Source: Dehalococcoidia bacterium (GTDB lineage: Bacteria > Chloroflexota > Dehalococcoidia > UBA2979). From it: a stretch of DNA of 64,000 nt. Numbering within the stretch: the stretch's first letter is position 1; each line of letters begins with the position of its first letter. The DNA lies in NCBI GenBank assembly GCA_965219085.1, contig OZ244720.1, forward strand, positions 64,001 through 128,000. The letters are read 5' to 3'. A program made the translations under genes and the position numbers. Positions 48,581 through 59,109 of this stretch are shown piece after piece. The notes beneath the pieces were generated by a model. It worked only from the letters and a program-made list of their open reading frames with translations. It was not told the DNA's origin and did no database searches.

Positions 48581-50968
48581 TTACGTCAAGTCACGCTCCC
48601 GCAGGCCCGCATGGCCGCCCGTCCCCACGACCACGGGCTGGAGTTCCCTCGCCCGCTCGATGGTGAGCCGCGGCAGCATGCGATCGAGCCAGCGCGGCAC
48701 CCACCAGTTGCGCTCACCCAGCAGCTCCATCGCCGCCGGCACCAGCAACAGCCGCACCACCGTCGCGTCGAGGAGCACGGCCACAGCCAAGCCGAGCCCG
48801 AACATCTTGATCGCGCGGTTGTCCTCGAACACGAAGCTCCCGAAGACCACGACCATGATCGCGGCCGCTGCCGTGATGACCTGGGCGGTCGAGGCGAGCC
48901 CGTCCGCGACCGAGCCCACCGCGTCGCCGCTGCGGTCGTACTCCTCGCGCATGCGCGAGAGCAGGAACACCTCGTAGTCCATGGAGAGTCCGAAGACGAT
49001 CGCGAACAGCATCATCGGGATGAACGGCTCGATCGGGCCCGCGTCGACGCCGATCACCGAGCCGAACCAGCCCTGCTGGAACACCATGACGACCACGCCG
49101 TAGGCGGCGGCTATCGAAAGCAGGTTCATGATCACTGCCTTGAGCGGCACCAGCACGGACCGGAACACCACCATCAGCAGGATGAACGAGAGCACGAGCA
49201 CAGCCGCGAAGAAGACGGGGGTGCGTCCGGCAAGGTAGTCGGTGAAGTCGATGCCCAGCCCGACGATGCCGGTGACGCTCACCTGCAGCTCGCTCCCGGC
49301 CACGGCTGCGGGGATCACGTCGGTTCGCAGCCGGCCGACGAGCTCTGTGGTCGCCGGATCCTGCGGCGAGGTCGCCGGGAACACCTGCACCATGTACGCG
49401 GACGCGTTCGCAGGATCGTCGAGGTCGTTGGGCAGCGGGCCGTTCACCGAGACGACGCCCTCGGCGGCCCCGAGCGCGGCGAGGAGCGGCCCGACGGCGG
49501 CGTGATCCTGCGCGACTTGCGGTTCGACGGTCACGAGCAGGGGCCCGGTGAAGCCGGGGCCGAAGCCATCGGCCAGGAGGTCGTAGGCGCGGCGCGTCGT
49601 CGTCCCCTCGGGGAAGTTCCCGTCGTCGGCGAACCCGAGCTGCAGCGACCGCACGGGCGACGCCATCGCGAGCAGCAGCGCCGCACCGGCGATGAGTGCG
49701 ATCCACGGGTGGGACTGCACCAGGCGGCTCCAGCGCCAGGCGACCGTGCGCTCAAGCGGCACTCGCGGCCGCCCCGGAACGACCGCGCGCAGCGGCCGGA
49801 CCACGAACCCCGCGAGGAAGACGATGACGGCGAGCGGCGCGCCGAGCAGCAGCGGCCTGAAGCCCAGGCCCACGCCGAGCAGCGCCACCGCAATGCACGC
49901 AGCGGCGACCAGCCCGCGCCATTGCGTGATCTCGATGCGGTCGCGCACGAACGCGATGAGTGCCGGGAGCAGCGTGACGGAGGCGATCATCGTCGCCCCC
50001 ACGGTGAGCGCCGCCGCGACCGCGAGGCCGGTAATGAACGGGAGCCCCATCAACAGCAACCCAAGGAGCGAGACCACCACCGTCAACCCGGCGAAGATCA
50101 CCGCTCGCCCGGCGGTGTCGAAGGCGACGAGGGCGGATGGCTCCACGGCGCCATCCTCGGCGAGACCGTCGCGGTAGCGCGTGACGATGAACAGCGCGTA
50201 GTCGATGCCGACGCCGATACCGATCATCGCCCCGATCGTGGTCGCGAACTCGGGGATCGACAGCACGTTGGACAGCACCACGGTCAGCGCGAGACCGACG
50301 CCCACGCCGGCCACCGCCACGGCGAGCGGCAACCCCATCGCCATCACCGACCCGAACGCGAGGATCAGCACGACGATCGCGAAGGCGAGGCCGATGAACT
50401 CGGACTGTGGCGGCTCGAACTCGCTCAGCGCTTCGCCGCCGATCTCCACCTGCAGCCCGGGGAGTTCGGGGATGACTCGGATGAACTCAGCGCCGAGGTC
50501 AGACGTCTCGTTGAAATCGAGATCCGGGGCCAGGTCGATGCGCGCGAACGCGACGAGGCCGTCAGCGCTGACCTGCGGGCGCCCCGGTGCGTGAGGAAGA
50601 TTCGGTGCCTGCTGCGTCGGGGTCTCGGGGACAGGAATCGTCACCAGGTACGGGCTGGATACGGTCACGCCCTCGTACGACCGGACCGCCGCGAACATCT
50701 CCTCCATGGCGGCCCGCACCGCGGGGTCGTCCACGCCGGACTCGGAGTAGAAGACGATCGAGCCGCTGAGGCCGCTGCCAACGCCTCCGAAGTGCTCCTC
50801 AAGGACGTCGAACCCGCGGCTGCTATCCGACTCCGGCGCCTGCAACTCCGCCAGGAACGATGGGCCCACGGCACCCGCCGCAGCCAGGGCAACGATGAGT
50901 ACGACCACCCAGGCGGCCACCGTTTTGCGCGGGTTGCGGAAGCACCACCCGCCAATCCGAACGAGCAT
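48581..50968 (-). CDS. MMPL-family RND transporter
   Basis: GIGVGIDYALFIVTRYR, FGLSMDYEVFLLSRMREE, LDATVVRLLLVPA.M.LLG..NWW.P. Confidence 0.93.
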   Translation of the reverse strand: MLVRIGGWCFRNPRKTVAAWVVVLIVALAAAGAVGPSFLAELQAPESDSSRGFDVLEEHFGGVGSGLSGSIVFYSESGVDDPAVRAAMEEMFAAVRSYEGVTVSSPYLVTIPVPETPTQQAPNLPHAPGRPQVSADGLVAFARIDLAPDLDFNETSDLGAEFIRVIPELPGLQVEIGGEALSEFEPPQSEFIGLAFAIVVLILAFGSVMAMGLPLAVAVAGVGVGLALTVVLSNVLSIPEFATTIGAMIGIGVGIDYALFIVTRYRDGLAEDGAVEPSALVAFDTAGRAVIFAGLTVVVSLLGLLLMGLPFITGLAVAAALTVGATMIASVTLLPALIAFVRDRIEITQWRGLVAAACIAVALLGVGLGFRPLLLGAPLAVIVFLAGFVVRPLRAVVPGRPRVPLERTVAWRWSRLVQSHPWIALIAGAALLLAMASPVRSLQLGFADDGNFPEGTTTRRAYDLLADGFGPGFTGPLLVTVEPQVAQDHAAVGPLLAALGAAEGVVSVNGPLPNDLDDPANASAYMVQVFPATSPQDPATTELVGRLRTDVIPAAVAGSELQVSVTGIVGLGIDFTDYLAGRTPVFFAAVLVLSFILLMVVFRSVLVPLKAVIMNLLSIAAAYGVVVMVFQQGWFGSVIGVDAGPIEPFIPMMLFAIVFGLSMDYEVFLLSRMREEYDRSGDAVGSVADGLASTAQVITAAAAIMVVVFGSFVFEDNRAIKMFGLGLAVAVLLDATVVRLLLVPAAMELLGERNWWVPRWLDRMLPRLTIERARELQPVVVGTGGHAGLRERDLT

Positions 50969-51176
50969 CGTGGTCCCCGTCTGCGCGTGCACGCGGGCGC
51001 ACCGTCGGCGCCTCGAGTGTCGGCTGGTGGGAGTAGCGCCATTCGAAGTTAACAGCGTGACACGCAAGGGCCAATCGACCGCGTGCTCCGCGCCGAGCCC
51101 GCTCGCGCGTTGACACCCGCCGCGGCCCTCGCTACGAAGAACGCACCACCACGAGCACTACGGAAAGGAAGCAACG

Positions 51177-52289
51177 ATGGCTGACGAGTGGCAGGCGGCA
51201 TGGCAGGGAACGGTCGACGCGGTCGGCGGGGACTTCTCGGGCGGGGTGCAGAGCACGGCGGTCGACCAGATCGAGCTGGGCGCGGTACGCAAGTTCCTCG
51301 AGCCGCTCGAACTCGACTGCCCGCTGCACTACGACCCCGACGCGGCGAAGCAGCACGGCTACCGCAACGTGCTCGCGCCGGTCGCCGGCATCTCGTCGAC
51401 GTGGCTCGACGCCGGGCTGTGGCGGCCGGGCATGGGCAGCCGCTACCCGCAGGCCCACCCCCACGTCGACATTCCGCGCGCCCGCGCCGGGGAGGCGCCG
51501 GAGCCGCCGATGCCCGAGACTACGGCAGGATTCGCGACCGACATCGAGATCGAGTACTTCGAGCCGGCGGTCGTCGGTGACCGCCTGACGGTGCGCGGCC
51601 GCACGCTGCTCTCGTGCGTGCCGCGCGAGACGCGCGTCGGGCGCGGCGCGTTCATGGTGTGGGAGCGCGAGGTCGTCAACCAGGACGGCGCGCGCGTGGC
51701 GCTGCTGCGCAACGGCGGCTACTCCTACGTGCCCCTCGACGCGCCCGGGGACGCCTCCTCGCCGCGCGAGCCGGAGGCCGCGGAGGGAGCAGCGCCCGAG
51801 GAGGACCTGATCGCGATCCGCAACGTCGACCCCGGCGACCCGCCGGCCGTCGACTGGTCGGAGCAACGCTACTGGGAGGACGTGCAGGAGGGCGACGCGA
51901 TGCCGCCGGTCACCGTCAACCTGACCATCGCCCGCCTCGTCGTCGAGGCCGGTGCGAACCGCGACTTCAACCAGATCCACCACAACACGCCGGTCTCGAT
52001 CGCGACCGGCGCGCCTGACATGTACGCCAACAACGGCTTCATCCAGGCGTGGTGGGAGCGCGCGGTGCGCGAGTACATCGGCCTCGGCGGGCGGTTCAGG
52101 AAGACCGGCCCGTTCCGCATGCGCATCTTCAACACCGTCGGCGAGTCGGCCGTCACGTCCGGCGCCGTGAAGCGCAAGTGGGTCGAGGACGGCGAGCACC
52201 TCGTGGAGATCGAGGTGCAGACCGAAATCTCGCGCGGCACCTCGGTCGGCCCCGGCCCGGTGGTCGTCAGCCTGCCGTCGCGCGGCTAG
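51177..52289 (+). CDS. Double-hotdog MaoC-like dehydratase
   Basis: CPLHYD, IEYFEPAVVGD; second domain YWEDVQEGD..NRDFNQIHH. Confidence 0.8.
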   Translation: MADEWQAAWQGTVDAVGGDFSGGVQSTAVDQIELGAVRKFLEPLELDCPLHYDPDAAKQHGYRNVLAPVAGISSTWLDAGLWRPGMGSRYPQAHPHVDIPRARAGEAPEPPMPETTAGFATDIEIEYFEPAVVGDRLTVRGRTLLSCVPRETRVGRGAFMVWEREVVNQDGARVALLRNGGYSYVPLDAPGDASSPREPEAAEGAAPEEDLIAIRNVDPGDPPAVDWSEQRYWEDVQEGDAMPPVTVNLTIARLVVEAGANRDFNQIHHNTPVSIATGAPDMYANNGFIQAWWERAVREYIGLGGRFRKTGPFRMRIFNTVGESAVTSGAVKRKWVEDGEHLVEIEVQTEISRGTSVGPGPVVVSLPSRG

Positions 52290-52356
52290 ACGAGAGCCCG
52301 CTCACCGGCGTGCGCTTCGCGGTGCGCGCCGGGGAGCGAGCGGCTATGCTGGGGCC

Positions 52357-53232
52357 GTGAACGAACTGCTGATCGAAGAGCGGCCCCAGCTCGACCGCCC
52401 CATCCTGCTCGCGGCGTGGTCCGGGTGGAACGACGCCGGCGAATCGGCGACCGGCGCGCTGCGCTTCATGCTGCGGCGCTGGCGCTCGAAGGCCATCGCA
52501 CGCATCGATCCCGAGACGTTCTACGACTTCACGCAGGCGCGCCCGCGCGTACGCCTGGAGAACGGCGAGCGCGTCCTCGACTGGCCGAAGAACGAGTTCT
52601 CGCCACACCACCGAGCCGGCACGGACGCGGACATCATCGTCATGCTCGGCATCGAGCCGCACCTCGCGTGGCACGCGTACAGCGAGGCGATCGTGGAGTT
52701 CTGCAAGACCTTCGAGGTCGGGCACGTCGTCACCCTCGGCGCGCTGCTTGCCGAGGCGAGCCACGCGCGGCCGATCACCGTCAGTGGGTCGTCCGAGGAC
52801 CCCGACTTCCGCGAGCTACTCGGGCTGCCCGAGCCGCGCACGACCGGGTACGAGGGCCCCACGGGCATCGTCGGCGTCGTCAACAACCGCCTCCGCGACG
52901 AGGGCCTCAAGACGGCGTCGATGTGGGCGAACGTGCCGCATTACGTCAACGCATCGCCCAACCCCAAGGGCGCGCTCGCGCTACTCGAACAGCTCAACGA
53001 CTCGCTGCGGCTCGACCTCAGCCTCCACGACCTCGAGGTGTTCGCGGCGCGCTTCGACGCCCAGGTGGGCACCGAGATCGCCAAGAACCCCGAGATGGTG
53101 GACTACGCCCGCCGCATCGAGGAGCAGCTCGACGCCGAGGCCGACGAGGAGCCGGCGGCGGAGCTGCCGGACGCGCAGGACATGGTCGACGAGCTCGAGC
53201 GCTTCCTCCGCCAGCAGCGCGACTCCGACTAA
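52357..53232 (+). CDS. PAC2 (proteasome assembly chaperone) family protein
   Basis: GWNDAGE.AT, FYDFTQARP, GIEPHLAW, YEGPTGIVG, WANVPHY. Confidence 0.9.
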   Translation: MNELLIEERPQLDRPILLAAWSGWNDAGESATGALRFMLRRWRSKAIARIDPETFYDFTQARPRVRLENGERVLDWPKNEFSPHHRAGTDADIIVMLGIEPHLAWHAYSEAIVEFCKTFEVGHVVTLGALLAEASHARPITVSGSSEDPDFRELLGLPEPRTTGYEGPTGIVGVVNNRLRDEGLKTASMWANVPHYVNASPNPKGALALLEQLNDSLRLDLSLHDLEVFAARFDAQVGTEIAKNPEMVDYARRIEEQLDAEADEEPAAELPDAQDMVDELERFLRQQRDSD

Positions 53233-53355
53233 TTGACGGGGATACTGAATTAGGTTCCACCGCGGTGGCACCAACCGCCAGCCTGTCGTGCATGCCCATG
53301 ACAACCACGGTCCGTTTTTCTGCCCGCCATCGAGAGCCGAATGGGAGTCCGACTC

Positions 53356-54243
53356 ATGCCAACCCGTACGCGTGTGGAGAAGCGCCTTGCGACCCTACGC
53401 GACGAACTAACCCTCGTGACGGCGTTCCAGCAGAAGTGGGAGGCGTTGACGGCGTTCACGGTGGAGATGCTCGGGCAGGATGCGATCAGCATGGAGGAAA
53501 TCGAGAAGTTCGATGAACAGCGAGGGGACCTGAATCGGCTTCTTCCTCGTGTAGCCCACCGCCTCGGGAAGCCGCTTGCTCTAAGGTCTCAATTCGGTGT
53601 AACAGAGCAGATTGACGTGTTTGGATTCCTATTAGAGACCGTTCCCCACCTTGGCTCGCTGGCTGGCGACTCCATCCTCGGGATTGAGCAGCAGTATCGG
53701 CAGCGATTCTTCGAGACTCGCGCTCTCGCGAACGCCGCGGTCCAGCGTGCGATAGGGGCCCTTGAACGCGACATCGCCACTGTGGAGGCTGGTCCCTCGA
53801 TCATCGACGCACTGGCTGATCAAGCCGCTGAGACCGGCATAACCGGGTTCCTGTCGCATCTCGAGGAGGCCGAGACGCACTTCGAGGACGACGCGTTTGA
53901 AGATGCGATTCACAGATCGCGCCGCGCTATTGAGCGCCTAGCTACCGAAATCGCAAACGCTGTGAGCAAGACACCGCGGAAGCGAAAATTCAGCGACGCC
54001 ATGAGCGCCTTGAAGGATGTGGGTATCGTCGACGATGCCACCCATCGCTCGATCGTCACGCCTAACGTGGGCTTCTGGGGATGGACGTCGGCGATCGGTA
54101 CTCACGATGAGGATGATCCTGCGGGAAGCTTCGAGGCTGGAGCCGCCGAAGCTCGACTTGCCATCGAGCATGCACGTGCGATTGCGGAGTACCTCCTTTC
54201 ACGGGTCACTCAGCATCTCGCGGACGAAGACAGCACTTCGTAA
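53356..54243 (+). CDS. Hypothetical protein with C-terminal HEPN/Abi-like domain
   Basis: HLEEA..F..AIHRSRRAIE..GFWGWTSAIGTH..EARLAI pattern; more A/T-rich codon use than flanks. Confidence 0.6.
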   Translation: MPTRTRVEKRLATLRDELTLVTAFQQKWEALTAFTVEMLGQDAISMEEIEKFDEQRGDLNRLLPRVAHRLGKPLALRSQFGVTEQIDVFGFLLETVPHLGSLAGDSILGIEQQYRQRFFETRALANAAVQRAIGALERDIATVEAGPSIIDALADQAAETGITGFLSHLEEAETHFEDDAFEDAIHRSRRAIERLATEIANAVSKTPRKRKFSDAMSALKDVGIVDDATHRSIVTPNVGFWGWTSAIGTHDEDDPAGSFEAGAAEARLAIEHARAIAEYLLSRVTQHLADEDSTS

Positions 54244-54330
54244 GCCGCTGCACGGAGGGACCTCCCAGCCGCTCGGGCACGGTTGGCCGCTTGTGAAGGG
54301 CGGTGCTATCCTCCTCAGCGAACGCACGCG

Positions 54331-54364
54331 GTCTTTAAGCCGGTCCCGCGAGGCCGGGAAGGAC
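54331..54364 (+). promoter_or_regulatory. PyrR binding loop (anti-antiterminator)
   Basis: GTCTTTAAGCCGGTCCCGCGAGGCCGGGAAGGAC fits CUUUAA..GUCCNGNGAGGC..AAG; extended -10 TGCTATCCT at 54304-54312. Confidence 0.9.
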
Positions 54365-54427
54365 GCAGGACATGACGCAAGGACCCGTACCGACGTTCTT
54401 TGCGCCTGATGGCGTGCACGCTGATCC

Positions 54428-54453
54428 CCTCCCCATCGGCGGGAGGTTTTTTT
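54428..54453 (+). terminator. Attenuator terminator of the pyr leader
   Basis: CCTCCC-catcggc-GGGAGG followed by T7. Confidence 0.85.
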
Positions 54454-54496
54454 AGGCCATGACCCCTTACCAGACGCTCCCCGAGGCAGGCCAACC

Positions 54497-55075
54497 GTGA
54501 TGGAGCAGTCGCCCGCGGGTGAAACCGTCGGCACGGCCCCCGGTCCAGTCCTCGACGCTGACGGCATCCGCCGTACCATGCAGCGCCTCGCGCACGAGAT
54601 CGTCGAGCGCAACGGCGGCGTCGACCACCTCGTGCTCGTCGGCGTCCAGCGCCGCGGCGTGACGCTCGCCGAGCGCCTCGCCTCGTTCATCGAGGAGTTC
54701 GAGGGCGTTCGAGTGCCGATCGGCCGCCTCGACGTGACCCTGCACCGCGACGACCTCGCATCGCGCGGCCTGCGCACCGCGCCGCAACCCAGCGACCTCC
54801 CCGACATCGAGGGCCAACACCTGGTGCTTGTCGACGACGTGCTCTTCACGGGCCGCACCGTGCGGGCCGCGCTCGACTCGCTCAACGACTTCGGCCGGCC
54901 GCACCTCGTGCGGCTCGCTGTGCTCATTGACCGCGGCCACCGCGAGCTGCCGATCCGCGCCGACATCGTGGGCAAGAACATCCCCACCACGCGCAACGAC
55001 CAGGTGCAGGTGCTCCTCGAGGAGGACGACGGCCGCGACGCCGTGGTCGTCTTTCCGGGGGGTGATCGACCATGA
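54497..55075 (+). CDS. pyrR: Pyrimidine operon regulator / UPRTase PyrR
   Basis: [50 protein letters not shown]. Confidence 0.97.
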   Translation: MMEQSPAGETVGTAPGPVLDADGIRRTMQRLAHEIVERNGGVDHLVLVGVQRRGVTLAERLASFIEEFEGVRVPIGRLDVTLHRDDLASRGLRTAPQPSDLPDIEGQHLVLVDDVLFTGRTVRAALDSLNDFGRPHLVRLAVLIDRGHRELPIRADIVGKNIPTTRNDQVQVLLEEDDGRDAVVVFPGGDRP

Positions 55076-56166
55076 CCACCGAAACCACGGGTGCGAGGCA
55101 GACCGGCGTGGCCGGCGCGCCGGACCCCGCAATCGGCGATAACGCGGCGCAGCCCGCGCCGTCCGAAGCTGACCCGGTGTGGCAGCACCGCCACGTGCTT
55201 GACCTCGACGACTTCACGACCGACGAGATCGTGACCGTGCTCGATCTCGCCGACCGCATGCAGGAGGTGCTGGAGCGGCGTATCGCGCGCGTCCCCGCGC
55301 TACGCGGGCACACGGTCGTGAACCTCTTCTACGAGCCCTCGACGCGCACGCGCGCCTCGTTCGAGCTCGCGGGCAAGGTGCTGGGCGCCGACGTGATCAG
55401 CCTGACCGTCGCCACCTCCGCGGTGCAGAAGGGCGAGTCGCTGATCGACACCGTGCGCACGCTGCGGGCGATGGGCGCGGACAGCATCGTCATCCGCCAC
55501 GCGTCGTCGGGCGCGCCCTACCTGGCGGCGCGCCACACGAACGCCTCGATCGTGAACGCCGGCGACGGAGCGCACGCGCACCCGACGCAGGCACTGCTCG
55601 ACCTCTACACGATTCGCTCGCACTTCGGCGACCTCGCCGGTAAGCGGGTGGCGATGATCGGCGACATCTCGCACTCGCGCGTCGCGCGCTCCGACCTGTG
55701 GGGCCTCACGGCCCTCGGCGCGGACGTGGTGGTGTGCGGTCCGCCCACGCTGCTGCCAATCGGCCTCGACGCGAGCCAGCGTCCCGAGCACGCGCAGCAG
55801 GCGCTGCCGCCCGTGCAGATCGAGACGGACATCGAGCGGGCGATCGAGGGCGCGGACGTCGTGATGGCGCTGCGGCTCCAGAGCGAGCGTCAGCAGGGCG
55901 GCCTGCTGCCCTCGCTGCACGAGTATGCGCTGCACTACCAGGTGACCGCCGAACGCCTCTCGCGTGCCCACCCCGACCACCTGCTCATGCACCCCGGCCC
56001 GAAGAACGAGGGCGTCGAGATCGCCCGCGACGTCGCCGCCGGCGCGCACTCCATCATCGAGCAGCAGGTCACGAACGGCGTCGCCGTGCGGATGGCGCTG
56101 CTCTCGCTGCTCGCGCTCGGAGCCGACGGCAGAGGCACAGCGACGGGCGAGGGGAGTGCATCGTGA
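55072..56166 (+). CDS. pyrB: Aspartate carbamoyltransferase catalytic subunit
   Basis: [44 protein letters not shown]. Confidence 0.97.
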   Translation: MTTETTGARQTGVAGAPDPAIGDNAAQPAPSEADPVWQHRHVLDLDDFTTDEIVTVLDLADRMQEVLERRIARVPALRGHTVVNLFYEPSTRTRASFELAGKVLGADVISLTVATSAVQKGESLIDTVRTLRAMGADSIVIRHASSGAPYLAARHTNASIVNAGDGAHAHPTQALLDLYTIRSHFGDLAGKRVAMIGDISHSRVARSDLWGLTALGADVVVCGPPTLLPIGLDASQRPEHAQQALPPVQIETDIERAIEGADVVMALRLQSERQQGGLLPSLHEYALHYQVTAERLSRAHPDHLLMHPGPKNEGVEIARDVAAGAHSIIEQQVTNGVAVRMALLSLLALGADGRGTATGEGSAS

Positions 56167-57539
56167 CCACCCTCGCGATCCACAACGGCCGGGTCATTGA
56201 CCCGGCGCTCGGCCGCGACGGCGTCGCCGACGTGGTCATCGTCGACGGACGCGTGGCGCGCGTCGGGCCCGGCGAGGGCGACGCCGTCGTCGAGGCCGAC
56301 CGCATCGACGCGACCGGGCTGGTCGTGGCGCCGGGATTCGTCGACCTGCACGTGCATCTCCGCGAGCCGGGGTTCGAATACAAGGAGACGATCGCGACCG
56401 GCACCGCCGCCGCGGCGCGCGGCGGCTTCACCACCGTCTGCGCGATGCCCAACACCGACCCGCCCCTCGACCGCCGCTCCGCCGTCGAGTCGGTGCTGCG
56501 GGAGGCCGAGCGTTCCGCGAGCGTGCGCGTGCTGCCGCTCGGCTGCATCACGAGCGGGCGCGCGGGCGCCGAACTAGCGCCTGCGGGCGAACTCGCGCAG
56601 GCGGGCGTCGTCGGGCTCTCCGACGACGGCGACGCGGTCGCCGACGCGCGGCTGATGCGCCACGCGCTCGAGTACGCGACGCGCTTCGGGCTGCCGATCG
56701 TGCAGCACTGCGAGGATCCGGCGCTCGTCTTCGAAGGCCAGATGCACGAGGGCTGGGTCGCCGCCCGGCTCGGGCTGCGAGGGCGCCCTTCAAGTGCCGA
56801 GGAGACGCTGGTCGCGCGCGACATCGCGCTGGCGGAGCTGGCGAACGCGCACCTCCACATCCAGCACGTCTCCACGGCCGGCTCGGTCACGCTCATCCGC
56901 GCGGCGCGGGCGCGCGGCACGCACGTCACCGCCGAGGTGACGCCCCACCACCTCACGCTCACGCACGAGGAGGTCGGCTTCACGCCGGCCGCGCGCGACG
57001 CCTCGAACGGCAACGGCGCGGAAGCCTACCGCGAGATCGCCTACCACACCAACGCGAAGGTGAACCCGCCGCTGCGCGAGCAGCACGACGTCGACGCATG
57101 CGTCGAGGCGCTGCGCGACGGGGTCATCGACGCCATCGCGACGGACCACGCGCCCCACGCGGCCTCGGACAAGGAGATCGAGTTCGACCTCGCGGCGGCC
57201 GGCATCAGCGGCCTCGAGACGGCGTTCGGTGCGGCGATGAGCCTGGTGCACGAGGGCCGCGTCACGCTGCCGATGCTGATCGAGCGGTTGACCGCCGGGC
57301 CCGTCGGCGCGTGGGGGTTGGACCAGCACGCGGGCCTCGCGGGCCTCGGGACGCTGTCGCCGGGCGCGCTCGGCGACGTGGTGCTGCTCGACCCGGACGC
57401 CGAGTGGACGGTGAACCCCGACGAGTTCGCGTCGATGGGGAAGAACACGCCGCTGGCCGGTCGCAGCTTGCGCGGCCAGGTGGTCGCGACGGTCCTCGGC
57501 GGCCGTGTCGTGCACGCGCTGGCGGGTGCGGTCATATGA
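56163..57539 (+). CDS. pyrC: Dihydroorotase
   Basis: DLHVHLREPG, CAMPNT, KVNPPLR, ATDHAPH; GTGA overlap with pyrB. Confidence 0.96.
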   Translation: MTTLAIHNGRVIDPALGRDGVADVVIVDGRVARVGPGEGDAVVEADRIDATGLVVAPGFVDLHVHLREPGFEYKETIATGTAAAARGGFTTVCAMPNTDPPLDRRSAVESVLREAERSASVRVLPLGCITSGRAGAELAPAGELAQAGVVGLSDDGDAVADARLMRHALEYATRFGLPIVQHCEDPALVFEGQMHEGWVAARLGLRGRPSSAEETLVARDIALAELANAHLHIQHVSTAGSVTLIRAARARGTHVTAEVTPHHLTLTHEEVGFTPAARDASNGNGAEAYREIAYHTNAKVNPPLREQHDVDACVEALRDGVIDAIATDHAPHAASDKEIEFDLAAAGISGLETAFGAAMSLVHEGRVTLPMLIERLTAGPVGAWGLDQHAGLAGLGTLSPGALGDVVLLDPDAEWTVNPDEFASMGKNTPLAGRSLRGQVVATVLGGRVVHALAGAVI

Positions 57540-58651
57540 CCACGCCCCCTCGCGCGCGGCTGGTGCTGGCCGACGGCCGCGTCTTCGAGGGCGAGGGCCA
57601 CGGCGCCGACGCGCGCGCGACCGGCGAGGTGGTCTTCAACACCTCGATGACCGGCTACCAGGAGGCCCTCACTGACCCGTCATACGGCGGGCAGATCCTG
57701 ACCATGACCTACCCGATCCAGGGCAACTACGGCGTCAACGACACCGACGACGAGAGCGATCGCGTCCAGGTGCGCGGCTTCGTCGTGCGTGAACTGACCG
57801 ACCTGCCCTCGCGCTGGCGCAGCACGCAGACGCTCGGCGCCTACCTGGAGGCGGCGGGCATCCCCTGCATCGCCGGCATCGACACGCGCGCGCTCACGCG
57901 CCACCTGCGCTCGCACGGCGTGGTGATGGGCACCATCACGCGCGACGAGTCGGCGTCCGAGGCGCTCGTGCGGCTGCGCGCGGAGCCCATGTACGGCACC
58001 GAGGATTATGTCGCAGAAGTGTCCACCGACTCGGTCTACGCCTTCGACGGCGCGTCCCCGGACTTCTTGCCTGACGACGCACTGCACATCGTCGTCGTCG
58101 ACCTCGGGGTGAAGCGCAACATCATGCGCCACCTGCGCGGACGCGGGTGCCGCGTCACCGCGGTCCCGCACAACACGGGCGCCGAGGACATCCTGTCGCT
58201 CGGCCCGGACGGCGTGCTGCTGTCGCCGGGGCCCGGCGACCCCATGCTGCTCGACCACGTCGTGCAGTCGGCGCGGGGGCTTGCCGGGCGGACGCCGCTG
58301 ATGGGGATCTGCCTCGGCCACCAGGTGCTCGGGCGGCTCTTCGGCGCCTCGACGTTCAAGCTCAAGTTCGGGCACCGCGGCGCCAACCACCCGGTACGCG
58401 ACGAGGTGACCGGACGGGTCTACATTACATCCCAGAACCACGGGTACGCGGTCGACCCGGACGGGCTCGCCGCCGCGGTGGAGGTGTCGCAAGTGCACCT
58501 CAACGACGGGACCGTCGAGGGTATGCAGCACCGTGAGCTACCATTGTTCACCATCCAGTATCACTCCGAGGCCTCACCGGGCCCGCACGACACGGAGTTC
58601 CTGTTCGATCGATTCCTCGATAGCGTGCGCAACAAGGATGCAAGCCCATGA
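57536..58651 (+). CDS. carA: Carbamoyl-phosphate synthase small subunit
   Basis: GEVVFNTSMTGYQE.LTDPSY, SPGPGDP, GICLGHQ, QYH.EASPGPHD. Confidence 0.97.
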   Translation: MTTPPRARLVLADGRVFEGEGHGADARATGEVVFNTSMTGYQEALTDPSYGGQILTMTYPIQGNYGVNDTDDESDRVQVRGFVVRELTDLPSRWRSTQTLGAYLEAAGIPCIAGIDTRALTRHLRSHGVVMGTITRDESASEALVRLRAEPMYGTEDYVAEVSTDSVYAFDGASPDFLPDDALHIVVVDLGVKRNIMRHLRGRGCRVTAVPHNTGAEDILSLGPDGVLLSPGPGDPMLLDHVVQSARGLAGRTPLMGICLGHQVLGRLFGASTFKLKFGHRGANHPVRDEVTGRVYITSQNHGYAVDPDGLAAAVEVSQVHLNDGTVEGMQHRELPLFTIQYHSEASPGPHDTEFLFDRFLDSVRNKDASP

Positions 58652-59106
58652 CCCCAGCCGTGCGCCGTGCGACTGCCGAAGACGCCGGCCAGATCTCAGA
58701 CATCATCTCCGAGGTGCTCGGGGAGGGCGTCCCCGTCGCCCTCGACGGCCCCATGACCCCCGACGAAGTGCGCGCCTGGCAGGAGCGCATGGGTGACCGC
58801 GGCGCGATCTTCGCCGTCGACGACGACGCCCGCGTGCTCGCCTTCGGGATCATCGATCCGCTCGAGGACAACCCCGACGAGTGCTTCTACGGCGCGTGGG
58901 TGCGCCCCGACGAGCGCCGCAAAGGCTACGCGACGCAGCTGGCCGAGCAGGCGCTCGCGTTCGCGCGCGAGGTCGGCTACGAGGGCATCCGCGGACGGTT
59001 GCCCGAGGGCAACGAGCCCGCGCTGTCGTACCTCTCGGCCATCGGCGCCATGGTTCCATTCACGAATCCCGGCGCTCACTTCGAGCTGCCGCTGGAGCAG
59101 GAGTAA
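58648..59106 (+). CDS. GNAT-family acetyltransferase
   Basis: VRRAT.ED, WVRPDERRKGYA, N..AL.Y...G. Confidence 0.8.
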   Translation: MTPAVRRATAEDAGQISDIISEVLGEGVPVALDGPMTPDEVRAWQERMGDRGAIFAVDDDARVLAFGIIDPLEDNPDECFYGAWVRPDERRKGYATQLAEQALAFAREVGYEGIRGRLPEGNEPALSYLSAIGAMVPFTNPGAHFELPLEQE

Positions 59107-59109
59107 GCA

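Noticed and set aside
52299-52338. GC-rich hairpin between the MaoC-like and PAC2 genes as REP element or terminator
   Set aside because: Single copy in the window, no U-tract, relies on several G-U pairs.
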